Part shown: in pieces, positions 17,740 to 26,213 of the stretch
Layout of the letters: the number at the start of each line of letters is the position of its first letter
Position numbering within the stretch: the first letter of the stretch is position 1
From: Planctomycetota bacterium
GTDB lineage: Bacteria; Planctomycetota; GCA-002687715; DRQF01
Length of the DNA stretch: 26,213 bases
NCBI GenBank assembly: GCA_027001995.1
Contig: JALTLO010000086.1
Coordinates: 1 to 26,213, forward strand
Reading direction: 5' to 3'
Position numbers and translations under genes: made by a program
Notes under the pieces: model-generated
Database searches by the model: none
Told to the model about the DNA's origin: nothing
What the model saw: the letters and a program-made list of their open reading frames with translations, nothing else

Positions 17740-18867
17740 ATGAGTCGGATGAAATTGCCTCAAGTTTTGGCTGCCTTAGAAGAGATTGCTCCCCTTTCCT
17801 TGGCGGAAGACTGGGACAATGTGGGCTTGCTTCTTGAACCCAAGGAGAGGGCCAGCGTCAAAGCTTGCATGTTGACCATCGACTTAACCAGGTCGGTCTA
17901 TGACGAAGCGGTGGAGCAAGGATGTGACCTGATTATCAGCTACCATCCGCCTATTTTTTCAGGCCTCAAACGATTGACTCGGCGAGATGCCCAGCAGGCG
18001 ATTCTTCTTGATGCAAGTCGCCGTGGGATTGCCATCTACGCGCCTCACACAGCGTTGGACGCTGCCATGGGTGGTGTGAACGATTGGCTCATGGAAGGGT
18101 TGGGGGTCAAAGACGGACGGCCAAATGCACCTACATCTGCTCATCGTAGTGGCATGGACACCAAAATTGTGGTTTTCGTTCCTGATACTCATGTGGATGT
18201 CATACGAGATGCCCTTGTTGCGGTTGGCTGCGGCCATATCGGCGACTATTCCAATTGCTCTTTTGAGTTGGAGGGTCAGGGGACGTTTCGCGGTGGCAAA
18301 GATAGCAAGCCCGTTGTTGGAGCCGCCGAACAACTCGAGCGGGTGGAAGAAATTCGACTAGAGATGGTTTGCCGTAGTTCTCAGTTGGGGATGGTCGATG
18401 ATGTCATCCGTTCTTGCCATCCCTATGAGGAAGCCGCCTGGGATGCCTACGCCTTGCGGCCCAAACCGTCGCCCAGGTTGGGGCAAGGCCGTCACGGCAC
18501 TTTCACCCGGCCCCTTTCGGTGAACACCTTAGTCAAGAAGGTGAAGGGACTCTTGGGCCTATCTCATGTCCGCTTAGCTGTGGCAACGAAACATGAAGAA
18601 GGCGCTTTGTTGGAATCTGTTGCCCTTTGTGCCGGGGCAGGTGCCAGTGTCCTCTTGAATCGCAAGGAAGACTTTATCTTGACTGGGGAGATGCGGCATC
18701 ACGATGTTTTGGCCTTTGTGGCTCGCGGCCAAACGGTTGTCCTCTGCGATCACAGCAATACAGAACGTGGCTTTCTGTCTGTCTATGCTGAGCGGCTGCA
18801 ACCTCTTTTGGCTGGAGTTGAGGTCTATTTGTCGAAATCAGACCGCGACCCCCTGGTGATTGTCTAA
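17740..18867 (+). CDS. Nif3-like dinuclear metal-centre hexameric protein with PII-like insertion
   Basis: AEDWDNVGL, YHPPIF, HTALD..GGVND, an inserted domain (KIVVFVP...GHIGDYSNCSF...HPYEE), GEMRHH and HSNTE. Confidence 0.93.
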   Translation: MSRMKLPQVLAALEEIAPLSLAEDWDNVGLLLEPKERASVKACMLTIDLTRSVYDEAVEQGCDLIISYHPPIFSGLKRLTRRDAQQAILLDASRRGIAIYAPHTALDAAMGGVNDWLMEGLGVKDGRPNAPTSAHRSGMDTKIVVFVPDTHVDVIRDALVAVGCGHIGDYSNCSFELEGQGTFRGGKDSKPVVGAAEQLERVEEIRLEMVCRSSQLGMVDDVIRSCHPYEEAAWDAYALRPKPSPRLGQGRHGTFTRPLSVNTLVKKVKGLLGLSHVRLAVATKHEEGALLESVALCAGAGASVLLNRKEDFILTGEMRHHDVLAFVARGQTVVLCDHSNTERGFLSVYAERLQPLLAGVEVYLSKSDRDPLVIV

Positions 18868-18868
18868 G

Positions 18869-19903
18869 CTACTTTTCCAAGTAGGGTGCCACGATTCGCA
18901 TCACTTTGCTGTCTTTTGGTATCAAAGACTGCCAGTGCTTAGGACCATAGTCCCTGAGGTCCAAGAACTGAGCTGTGGCAAACTCCCAGCCCCGAATTTG
19001 GACTTCACCGTCGGAAGAAACGTCAATCACCAAAGTGGCATCACGTCTTTGATTACCGATTCCGCAAGCTAAGTAGTAAAGCTGGGATCCCTCGACCTTG
19101 CTGTCTTGTTGCAGAAAGAGGTGAACGCGATCCGGGAAGGCCCCCACATCACCTCCGAAGAAATAGATGGGAACTTTCTTGGAGGCTTCTCTAAGCAAAG
19201 GACGGACGTCGCGATTAAACGTGGGGAGTTCTCTCGGACGTTTTATGAAGACTTGTAATGACGTGGGATCATTGCTGCCAGCAGCGCAGACAGCCGTCTC
19301 TTGGGTGCCTGCCCAAATGACTTTGTGCCCAAAGATGAAAAGACTCTTTGGGCCGTCTTTCCTTCCACACTGGGAAACTTCATGTTTGACGAAATCCAAT
19401 TGATCACCGCTTAGGTTCCAAGAGTCTAATTCTGTGTCAAGGACAAGAAACCTGGATGTGCCATAGTCGAATCCGAAATAGGTGAGACCAAATCGAGCTT
19501 CCCACTTTCTTCTTCGGGCAACGTCGTGATTGCCCACGGCATTGATCACTGGAAAAGTCAGCTGGGTTAGCTGTCTCAGGGTTTTCTTGATTTCGTTGTT
19601 GTCCCACTTGTAGAAAATATCTCCCAAGAGGACGCAGAAAGCGGGGTTGAGTTCATTGAGCTGAGCGATAGCTTGCGTGAAGCTTGGAGACGGCTTCGTT
19701 GCTTTCTTTCCTGGTTCGCCGTAGAGGTGGCCAAAGGAGATGAAACGAAATGCACCATCTTGCTTGGGAGGCAAGGGTCTTTGGTTTAGGGATGCCCGGG
19801 AAGGCAATGCCGTAGGAGCGGGTGTTTTTTTTTGACCTTGATCAGAGCAACCCAATAAGGCGCTCAGGATTAGAATAAATCCGGTTCGAATAAGTCTTGC
19901 CAC
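18869..19903 (-). CDS. Lipoprotein calcineurin-like metallophosphoesterase with variant ligand motifs
   Basis: Lipobox LLGC, then LLGDIFY, VGNHD, FLVLDT and FGHK. The likely start is GTG 19903, which has an upstream SD and places the signal peptide at the N-terminus. Confidence 0.8.
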   Translation of the reverse strand: MARLIRTGFILILSALLGCSDQGQKKTPAPTALPSRASLNQRPLPPKQDGAFRFISFGHLYGEPGKKATKPSPSFTQAIAQLNELNPAFCVLLGDIFYKWDNNEIKKTLRQLTQLTFPVINAVGNHDVARRRKWEARFGLTYFGFDYGTSRFLVLDTELDSWNLSGDQLDFVKHEVSQCGRKDGPKSLFIFGHKVIWAGTQETAVCAAGSNDPTSLQVFIKRPRELPTFNRDVRPLLREASKKVPIYFFGGDVGAFPDRVHLFLQQDSKVEGSQLYYLACGIGNQRRDATLVIDVSSDGEVQIRGWEFATAQFLDLRDYGPKHWQSLIPKDSKVMRIVAPYLEK

Positions 19904-20003
19904 AGTCCCCGATCCTCTCACACGTTGTTGTCGGTCTCGAGGAGATGATAACAAAGAGTTGGAAGGATCGGAGTTTGGCAAGGGCTTCAAATCCCCGAAA
20001 ATT

Positions 20004-21254
20004 TCAGGAGGTTGGAGAGAGGGTCTTCAAGAAAACGAGCAAAGCACGCAAGTCTCCGGAAGTGATATCTTCGGGGGTTGGTATTCCTGTTGCCATTCTT
20101 GCCCACTTGGGAAGGAGGGCCCTGTCGACTTTCGAGGAACCCCGGCTCATCGCTTGTTTTCTTTGGGCACGGACATTCTTCCAACTGGAAGACACGGCCC
20201 TCAATTCGCTCACATGTGTTTGCAAGGCTTCAAGGAGTGTGGTGGCAGAGCCGTCCCGGAAATAGGGAGCGGTTCGGGCTACATCCCAAAGGGAAAGGGT
20301 GTGCATCTGACGAAATCTTGGGTCTTGTCCGTCATAAGTTGTCCGCTGAATGGACCGGGAATTCATGGTGGCATCACAGCCAGTGAGAGGCGGCGCTAAG
20401 CGGGCAAAGAGTTGCTGACCGATTCCTGTTTTGGGTAGTGTCATTCCCATATTGGTGAATCTTTGCCTCGCGTCACGGGCCAATTCGGCGCTGCGTCTCG
20501 ATTGAGCTAAGTCTCGCTTGCTTCCTGGCAAGAAGGCAACATGAAGAAGACCATCGCTGAGGGCTTTTCCTTGATGACATTGGGAGCAGGCGCCGGTGGT
20601 ATTGAAGATCTTCAGCCCCTGTTTCTCGATCTCAGTGAGAGCTTGATGGTTACCGGCCAAAAAAGCCTTAAAAGGGCTGTTTGGGGTTTGGATAGACTTG
20701 AGGAAGGCTGCCAGTGCTTGACCAATGCGCCTGGGAGTGATGCCCAATGTGCTGGGGCCAAAGGCTCTGGTGAAACTTTGAGGCATGCCTGATGCGTTGC
20801 GCAGGCGTCCCAGAGCTTCTTCAACACTGGAAGCCATTTCCAATGGGTTTTCGATGGGAAGCAAGCAGCGTTCGGCTAAGGTCAGGGCCTTGCTGGATGC
20901 CAAGGGCCGTCGACTGCTCAGTCTGGGCCCGGGAAACTGTTTTACATGGCCGATTCCGAACAAAGTTGGTGAGTTTCTTCCGACACCTCCACCTAAGATC
21001 CCCGGCGATTCTGCAACGCCGTCTGTGAATGACAAATCAGGTTCGTGGCAGGTCGCACAAGTCATGTTCTTGTTGCCACTGAGAAGGGGGCTTCGAAAGA
21101 GGGTCCGCCCCAGGGAGATTTTCTGTGCAGCACGGATTTCGTGGACGGAATTGTCCTTTTGCTGAGCCAACATGGGGCCAACAATGAACAAAAGGAGGGC
21201 CATAGACGAGAATTGGCGAGTTTTCATGTATTTCTCCATGTCTTGGGTCGACAT
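20004..21254 (-). CDS. Periplasmic di-heme cytochrome c peroxidase / MauG-family protein, divergent
   Basis: Signal peptide, LGRTLF...LSGNKNMTCATCH, GRNSPTL, PIENPLEM, second heme motif CSQCH, TAPYFRDGS and C-terminal LLVFLKTL. The start may be 21227. Confidence 0.85.
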   Translation of the reverse strand: MSTQDMEKYMKTRQFSSMALLLFIVGPMLAQQKDNSVHEIRAAQKISLGRTLFRSPLLSGNKNMTCATCHEPDLSFTDGVAESPGILGGGVGRNSPTLFGIGHVKQFPGPRLSSRRPLASSKALTLAERCLLPIENPLEMASSVEEALGRLRNASGMPQSFTRAFGPSTLGITPRRIGQALAAFLKSIQTPNSPFKAFLAGNHQALTEIEKQGLKIFNTTGACSQCHQGKALSDGLLHVAFLPGSKRDLAQSRRSAELARDARQRFTNMGMTLPKTGIGQQLFARLAPPLTGCDATMNSRSIQRTTYDGQDPRFRQMHTLSLWDVARTAPYFRDGSATTLLEALQTHVSELRAVSSSWKNVRAQRKQAMSRGSSKVDRALLPKWARMATGIPTPEDITSGDLRALLVFLKTLSPTS

Positions 21255-21356
21255 GGATACTGACGGCGTTTAGTTCTCTAGGTAACGTGGAATCACTGGA
21301 GTTCTGGAAAAGAATTGAATTCTTGGTCAAGTGGTCTTCTCAGAGGAATACAAGTT

Positions 21357-22847
21357 TTGAGTGAAAACAGCGCCAATAAGCCTTGGAGTAAACCGCTGCT
21401 TCTTTTGACGCTTTTCATCGTTGTGGCCGGGGTTGGCTTCCGGATGGCCGCGATGAAGAAGAGTTTCTGGTTGGATGAGCTGCATACCACTGAGCTGGGA
21501 CACCAGCCTCTCACGGCCATGATTCAACTCTTGGGTGCGGATTTTCATGCGCCTTTGTATTTCTTGTCGGTCAATGTGATGGATACCTTAGGTATGTATG
21601 GGCATAGTCTAAGGTGGGGAGCATTTGTTTTCGGGCTTTTGGGCATCATTCCCTTGGTGGCTTTGCTTCGGGAAATGGGCATTGGATCCAAGGGTCTTGT
21701 TGCCACGTTGGCAGTCTTCTTCTTGGCTCCGTTTCAAATTCGCTATGGAGTGGAATTACGGCCCTATTCTTTGCTTCAGACCCTTTGCCTCGTCTTGCTA
21801 TGGGCTGCATTCTCGGAATCTAAGAGTGGACGATTTCGTTTCTTGGTTTTCGCCGCTGCCACGGCTGCGGGACTTTATGTTCATTATCTGTCGTCCGTCT
21901 TTGTTGTGGCTATTGGAACGATTCGCCTTTTTGCTCCGGGTTCAAAAACTCGACTCAAGTGGCCCCTTGTGGTCTTGGCTGGAACTTGTGGTGTGCTCCT
22001 ATTCCTCCCGTGGGTTCTTGCCATGGAAAGTTGGCTTGTAGACGATCCGGAAGCCATCGTTCGGAGCGATCAAGTGAGCGCAAAAGAGGCCATGGACATG
22101 CCGGAGCCCAAGGGTTTTGGTGAACTCAAGGGCGAGATCGTCGAGATAATTCCGAGGACCTTAGTTCCCGGGTCCGAGAGTCTGGGGAAAAATAGCAGCC
22201 GTTTCGTTCTTGTGGGGCTTGGTTTGGTGGGGGCGGTATTGACCCTGGGTTTGGCTCATCTTGTGAGGCGTAGGAAGTGTTTTGGGCCAGTCTTTGGCCT
22301 TATCTTGGTGGGCGTTCTTGCCGCAGGGTTGGTGACTTTCTTGTGCGTCGTTTTTTGGCATCGCATTCCGATTCAGTACTTCGCTGTAGCTGCATGGATC
22401 TGGCCTGTCCTTAGCGGTTTGGTGGTGGACGGAATTGAGCGAAAAGTGCGCAAGAACTTAGCTCTGGTTCTTTTACTGCTCGGGCTATCTCTGGCTGCCA
22501 TCGGTGAAACAACTGGAATGCCACGGGAGCAATTGCAAGAAGCTAGCAAGAGGGCCCAGGCCTTGGCCATCGGAATGAACGCTCACCTGACTGCAGTGAT
22601 GCGCCAACCAGACCACTACGATCAAATAGAGGTTTTTCGGGTCTATGGTGGAGCCTTTAACTCCATCCCTCCAGACGAAGTTCCAAGAAGCGATGGCAGG
22701 CCCGTGATTGTTCTCACTCGTCGCACTGACCTTGCTTCCCCTGATTTGAAGAAGTCCTATGCTCGCAGCCTTCTCAGTGAGCGCAAAATTACTCAACGTA
22801 TGGAAGCAGGTCGAGGTTTGTGTATCTATCTCTTGGAATCTCAGTAG
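21357..22847 (+). CDS. GT-C (ArnT/PMT-like, GT39/GT83) polytopic membrane glycosyltransferase
   Basis: SFWLDE, DFHAPLYF, ELRPYSL, LYVHY and many TM helices. The likely start is TTG 21357 (AGAGGA SD); the ORF track start is 21315. Confidence 0.8.
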   Translation: MSENSANKPWSKPLLLLTLFIVVAGVGFRMAAMKKSFWLDELHTTELGHQPLTAMIQLLGADFHAPLYFLSVNVMDTLGMYGHSLRWGAFVFGLLGIIPLVALLREMGIGSKGLVATLAVFFLAPFQIRYGVELRPYSLLQTLCLVLLWAAFSESKSGRFRFLVFAAATAAGLYVHYLSSVFVVAIGTIRLFAPGSKTRLKWPLVVLAGTCGVLLFLPWVLAMESWLVDDPEAIVRSDQVSAKEAMDMPEPKGFGELKGEIVEIIPRTLVPGSESLGKNSSRFVLVGLGLVGAVLTLGLAHLVRRRKCFGPVFGLILVGVLAAGLVTFLCVVFWHRIPIQYFAVAAWIWPVLSGLVVDGIERKVRKNLALVLLLLGLSLAAIGETTGMPREQLQEASKRAQALAIGMNAHLTAVMRQPDHYDQIEVFRVYGGAFNSIPPDEVPRSDGRPVIVLTRRTDLASPDLKKSYARSLLSERKITQRMEAGRGLCIYLLESQ

Positions 22848-22852
22848 CCACG

Positions 22853-24271
22853 TTAGGGCGTTTGCAGTTGATAAATCTTGAGTGCGCCACCGCCAACGGT
22901 TCCAGGAAAGGTCTTGATCAAAATGAATTTCTCTTTGAGAGCTTGAGCAATTTTCGGGGAACGGGATTCTAAGAATGTGGGTAAAGTGTTCACCGCAAAA
23001 GTAGTTTTCTGCTTGGCTAGGAGGAAGTTCAGTTCTTCGATTGTGGTGACAAAAGAGTAGGGGCGATTCAGGAAGTTCTGAAAGGGTTTGCTCGCTAAGC
23101 CTAAGGATATGATAGTTGCTCCTTCGGCCTGTTTCTGGTCAAGGAAACTTGCCGCTCCTTCATAGTCCTGTTTCGGAGTTGTTAAGGCTGGGGGCAAGAT
23201 GGCCAAAGATGCCATGACCATCAAGGCTGCTCCTCCCAAGAAGACAAAGGGGATTTTTGGCAAGCGTTTTTCAATCCATGTGGCCATGGACCGCCAAGTG
23301 ATAACGGCCATGATGAGTAGGAATCCCAAGAGATTGAAATAGAATCTTGGCCAGATGTTGCGGTTCATGGCGATCATAGCAAGAGTTCCGAGGACACCCG
23401 GCAGTAGAAAAAGCCAAGGAAGCCTTCGGTCTATCCTGTGCAATTCTCTTGTGCCTAAGGCCAGGAAGAAGAAGCCAGCCCCGCAAACAACGGCGGCCAA
23501 CCAAGGAGCGATGCCGAAAGTCCTGAGGGCTTCGACGACAGTCCAAATGGGGTTGCTCCAGGACGATGAAACTGCTTTGAAGCCACCATCAGTTGTTAAG
23601 AAAGTCACCATCTCACCGAGTATGGGAGCATGGAGGATCAAGGAGAAGATGCCCGCAATAATGAGGCCTAACATGCCACGGGGTCGAGCCCGTCCCGACA
23701 TGAACCAAATGACGAAGAAATGAGCCAAAGCGACAAAGATGGCGGTGGTGTGAACCCAAGTGGCCAAAGCCATGGATAGAGCATAGGTCAACAAACGCAC
23801 ACGGCCACGATCATCTAAGAGACATATGAGCTCGTGAGTCCCAGCCAAGGTGAAGAACAGCAAAGCCGTATAACCCCTGGCGTTGTCCGAAAACCAAATG
23901 TGGTGATAGGAAATAGCCGCCAAGAAAGTAATGAAGAGGGCAGACTTTCGATCGGTCAATAGCGCGGCGAGCTCTGCCAAGGCGAAGAGACTCAAGATGC
24001 CAAAGATCAAGGCCGGCAGACGCAGCGCCCAAGTTTGCTCACCGAAAATATGAATCGAAATCCAGGAGAGCAGAGTGTAAAGAGGGTGATTGTTGTCGCT
24101 TCCATAGGTGGTCAAGAGTTCGCCGAAGGGCAGTCTGCCAAACTCTGTGAGCATACGGATTTCATCGAACCACAATCCCACATTGATCATGGGGATGCGC
24201 AAAGCTAAAGCAAGCAGCGCCACAAAAATGAGGCTATTGCCAAGTCGTGGTTCTTCGTGCTGATCAATCAT
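22853..24271 (-). CDS. GT-C (ArnT/PMT-like) polytopic membrane glycosyltransferase
   Basis: LWFDE, DNNHPLY, WALRLP, NARGY and PRFY, with many TM helices. Confidence 0.82.
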   Translation of the reverse strand: MIDQHEEPRLGNSLIFVALLALALRIPMINVGLWFDEIRMLTEFGRLPFGELLTTYGSDNNHPLYTLLSWISIHIFGEQTWALRLPALIFGILSLFALAELAALLTDRKSALFITFLAAISYHHIWFSDNARGYTALLFFTLAGTHELICLLDDRGRVRLLTYALSMALATWVHTTAIFVALAHFFVIWFMSGRARPRGMLGLIIAGIFSLILHAPILGEMVTFLTTDGGFKAVSSSWSNPIWTVVEALRTFGIAPWLAAVVCGAGFFFLALGTRELHRIDRRLPWLFLLPGVLGTLAMIAMNRNIWPRFYFNLLGFLLIMAVITWRSMATWIEKRLPKIPFVFLGGAALMVMASLAILPPALTTPKQDYEGAASFLDQKQAEGATIISLGLASKPFQNFLNRPYSFVTTIEELNFLLAKQKTTFAVNTLPTFLESRSPKIAQALKEKFILIKTFPGTVGGGALKIYQLQTP

Positions 24272-25241
24272 CAGGGCTATGACCAGTTCGTTGGTTTACC
24301 ATGGAAGCCCCCCCAAAGATTAATCCCCCAGCAATCAAGATAGATTCCCAAACGAGAGACTGGGCCAAGAGAAGGCTCTTGCTAACAAAGGAGCCCGCCA
24401 ACGCGACGAATGCAACTTCACGAATGCCAATACCCCCTAAGCTCAGAGGCGCCATTGCGGCGATTTTCGCCAGAGGCCAGAGAAGGAACCAGAGTCGGGG
24501 GTCGAGGTCGATTTCCATACTCAACCCGATCAAAAGGTTGACCAGCACGAAACCGGCTTGAAGGCCGAAGCACCAGAGAAATGCTTTCAGGGCTCGTTTC
24601 GGCTGGGACGTCAATTGGCGCCAAGCGCGCAAGAACCCAATCCAGATGAAGCCAATCTTGCGAGGCATTCTTCGTGGATGAAGCCGCCGTAAAATCATGG
24701 GAAGACCCAAGCCCGCCATGATAACTCCCATCGTCCCTAAGATGATGAGGTTTTGTTGGATCTTGTTGCTGCTGTCGAATTCTGAGAACGCCGTGGGAGC
24801 TGCTAAGAAGCCTATAGCGACGAGAACCCCTAAACCTAGAACGTCCAAAAGCCGGTCCACCAAGGCAGCAAAAACGATGGTTTCTTTCGAGCCATATTTC
24901 TTGATGAGAACTCCAGCTCGAACGACGTCCCCTCCTACTAAGGAGGGGAGGCAGAGATTGGCAAACAAGCCGAAGCCGTAGGCCTGAAATGCGACGCGCG
25001 AGGTGATCCTGAGGCCACAGATACGCAAAATGAATCGCCACTTCAGGGCAGTGACTGCGTGCAACAGAAGAAATCCTAGCAGACCTCCAAGCCAAGCAGA
25101 TACAGAGATTGTTCCCAAGGCGTCCAAGAGGAGGTTCCTATCGACGACCGAGAAGACGATAGCTAATGCCAAAGCGCTGAAGGTTAAACGGTAGAGGGCA
25201 GACTTCCACTTCATGCTCTTCTTTGGGGTCAGTCCTTCCAT
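24264..25241 (-). CDS. UPF0104 / lysylphosphatidylglycerol-synthase TM-region (flippase-like) membrane protein
   Basis: ALKW, NLCLPSLVGGDVVR, VDRLLD and PLSLGGIGIRE. Start probably ATG 25241 or 25214. Confidence 0.85.
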   Translation of the reverse strand: MEGLTPKKSMKWKSALYRLTFSALALAIVFSVVDRNLLLDALGTISVSAWLGGLLGFLLLHAVTALKWRFILRICGLRITSRVAFQAYGFGLFANLCLPSLVGGDVVRAGVLIKKYGSKETIVFAALVDRLLDVLGLGVLVAIGFLAAPTAFSEFDSSNKIQQNLIILGTMGVIMAGLGLPMILRRLHPRRMPRKIGFIWIGFLRAWRQLTSQPKRALKAFLWCFGLQAGFVLVNLLIGLSMEIDLDPRLWFLLWPLAKIAAMAPLSLGGIGIREVAFVALAGSFVSKSLLLAQSLVWESILIAGGLIFGGASMVNQRTGHSPDD

Positions 25242-26155
25242 GTTTGGCGATCCAAGCCGAAGCGGGAGTTTTGGTCTGCCAAGAGGCCGACACACCAAAT
25301 GACCAGAGCCGTGAGCAGGCACATGACGGCCGATTCCGAAAGATTCCATTGGCCAATGTCATAGACGAATTTGATCATGCCTAGGATAAACGTAGCCGCT
25401 CCCAAGGGGATAAACACCTTCAAGGGATTGAAGAGGACGATGACACGGAGAATGAGCAAGAGAAAGTGGTAAGCGTGGGAAGGACGAATCTTGCTGGCAC
25501 CGACACGCTTGCCATAGTTGATGGGCAAATAGCCAATTGTCATTTCATTGCACAAATGAGCTAAGGTGATTGTGGTGGTGAAGGAAAACCCGGATGGAAG
25601 GATATGGGCGAATCTCTTGACTTGCTCCCTGCGAATGACGCGAAGTCCGGAGTTGAGATCGGGGATATGAAACTCAGCCAGGTAGCTGGCTAAAACCCGA
25701 AGAAACCACTTGGCCGGACGTCGAATGAGGGGGATATGAACATCTTCCCCAGTCCTTGAACCCACCACCATGTCATATTTGGAGGCGGCCTCTAAGAGCC
25801 CTGGGATCTCTTCTGGTGGGTAGGTGCCGTCCGCATCGGTAATCACAATGAGCTCGCTCTTGGCTTCCCGAATGCCCCGTTTGAGGGAGGCTCCATAACC
25901 CATATTGCGTTGTTGTCGAATGAGGCGGCACTCTTCTTGGGCGGCGATCTCTGAAGTGCCGTCTTGAGAGCCATCGTCAACAACAATGACCTCATAGGTC
26001 TTGCCTAGACCCTGAAGTGATTGGTGAATGCGGCGTAGCTCTGGACCAATTTGGTCGACCTCGTTGTAAGCCGGAATGACCACGGTGAAGTCGAATTTTC
26101 CCGTGTTCGATTTTTCGAGTTCCTTGTCGCTCACGCAATCTGCCCCCAGGCCCAA
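25229..26155 (-). CDS. GT2 glycosyltransferase (DPM1-like polyprenol-phosphate sugar synthase) with two C-terminal TM helices
   Basis: VVIPAYNE, VVDDGSQDGT, NMGYGA, DADGTY, VVGSR and DLNSG. Alternative start GTG 26134. Confidence 0.92.
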   Translation of the reverse strand: MGLGADCVSDKELEKSNTGKFDFTVVIPAYNEVDQIGPELRRIHQSLQGLGKTYEVIVVDDGSQDGTSEIAAQEECRLIRQQRNMGYGASLKRGIREAKSELIVITDADGTYPPEEIPGLLEAASKYDMVVGSRTGEDVHIPLIRRPAKWFLRVLASYLAEFHIPDLNSGLRVIRREQVKRFAHILPSGFSFTTTITLAHLCNEMTIGYLPINYGKRVGASKIRPSHAYHFLLLILRVIVLFNPLKVFIPLGAATFILGMIKFVYDIGQWNLSESAVMCLLTALVIWCVGLLADQNSRFGLDRQTWKD

Positions 26156-26175
26156 TGAATTTATTTCCTGCGCCT

Positions 26176-26204
26176 ATTATCGTGCATTCAAACGACTTTA
26201 GCAA
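26176..26204 (-). promoter_or_regulatory. Sigma70-type promoter for the GT2 operon
   Basis: Minus strand TTGCTA-N17-GATAAT. Confidence 0.5.
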
Positions 26205-26213
26205 CGGGGGCCG

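Overview
Bacterial chromosomal window, probably from a Planctomycetota/PVC-like organism (inferred from gene content only). From left to right: (1) the start of an SOS mutagenesis cassette, lexA followed by an imuA that the ORF track missed and the window edge truncates, with tandem E. coli-type CTGT-N8-ACAG boxes; (2) a TPR protein and a SAM methyltransferase behind a sigma28-like promoter; (3) an accessory block containing a small secreted protein, a 788-aa membrane-anchored protein with about 7 prealbumin-like repeats, a class II Fic-HTH gene whose promoter is overlaid by 10-bp direct repeats, and a Ser/Thr kinase relic; (4) an M29-like aminopeptidase divergent from a run of LPS kinase-like gene, secreted gluzincin, pepN, YbfF/ABHD11-like hydrolase, aceE and a Nif3-like gene; (5) a divergent di-heme bCcP/MauG-family gene paired with a lipoprotein metallophosphoesterase, both with altered ligand motifs; (6) a GT2, UPF0104 flippase-like and two GT-C glycosylation locus. 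I found no rRNA, tRNA, CRISPR array or transposase. The best candidate for undescribed biology is the di-heme/metallophosphoesterase pair, followed by the Fic promoter repeats and the proteobacterial-type LexA/box. All three are hypotheses from manual motif reading, not database results.
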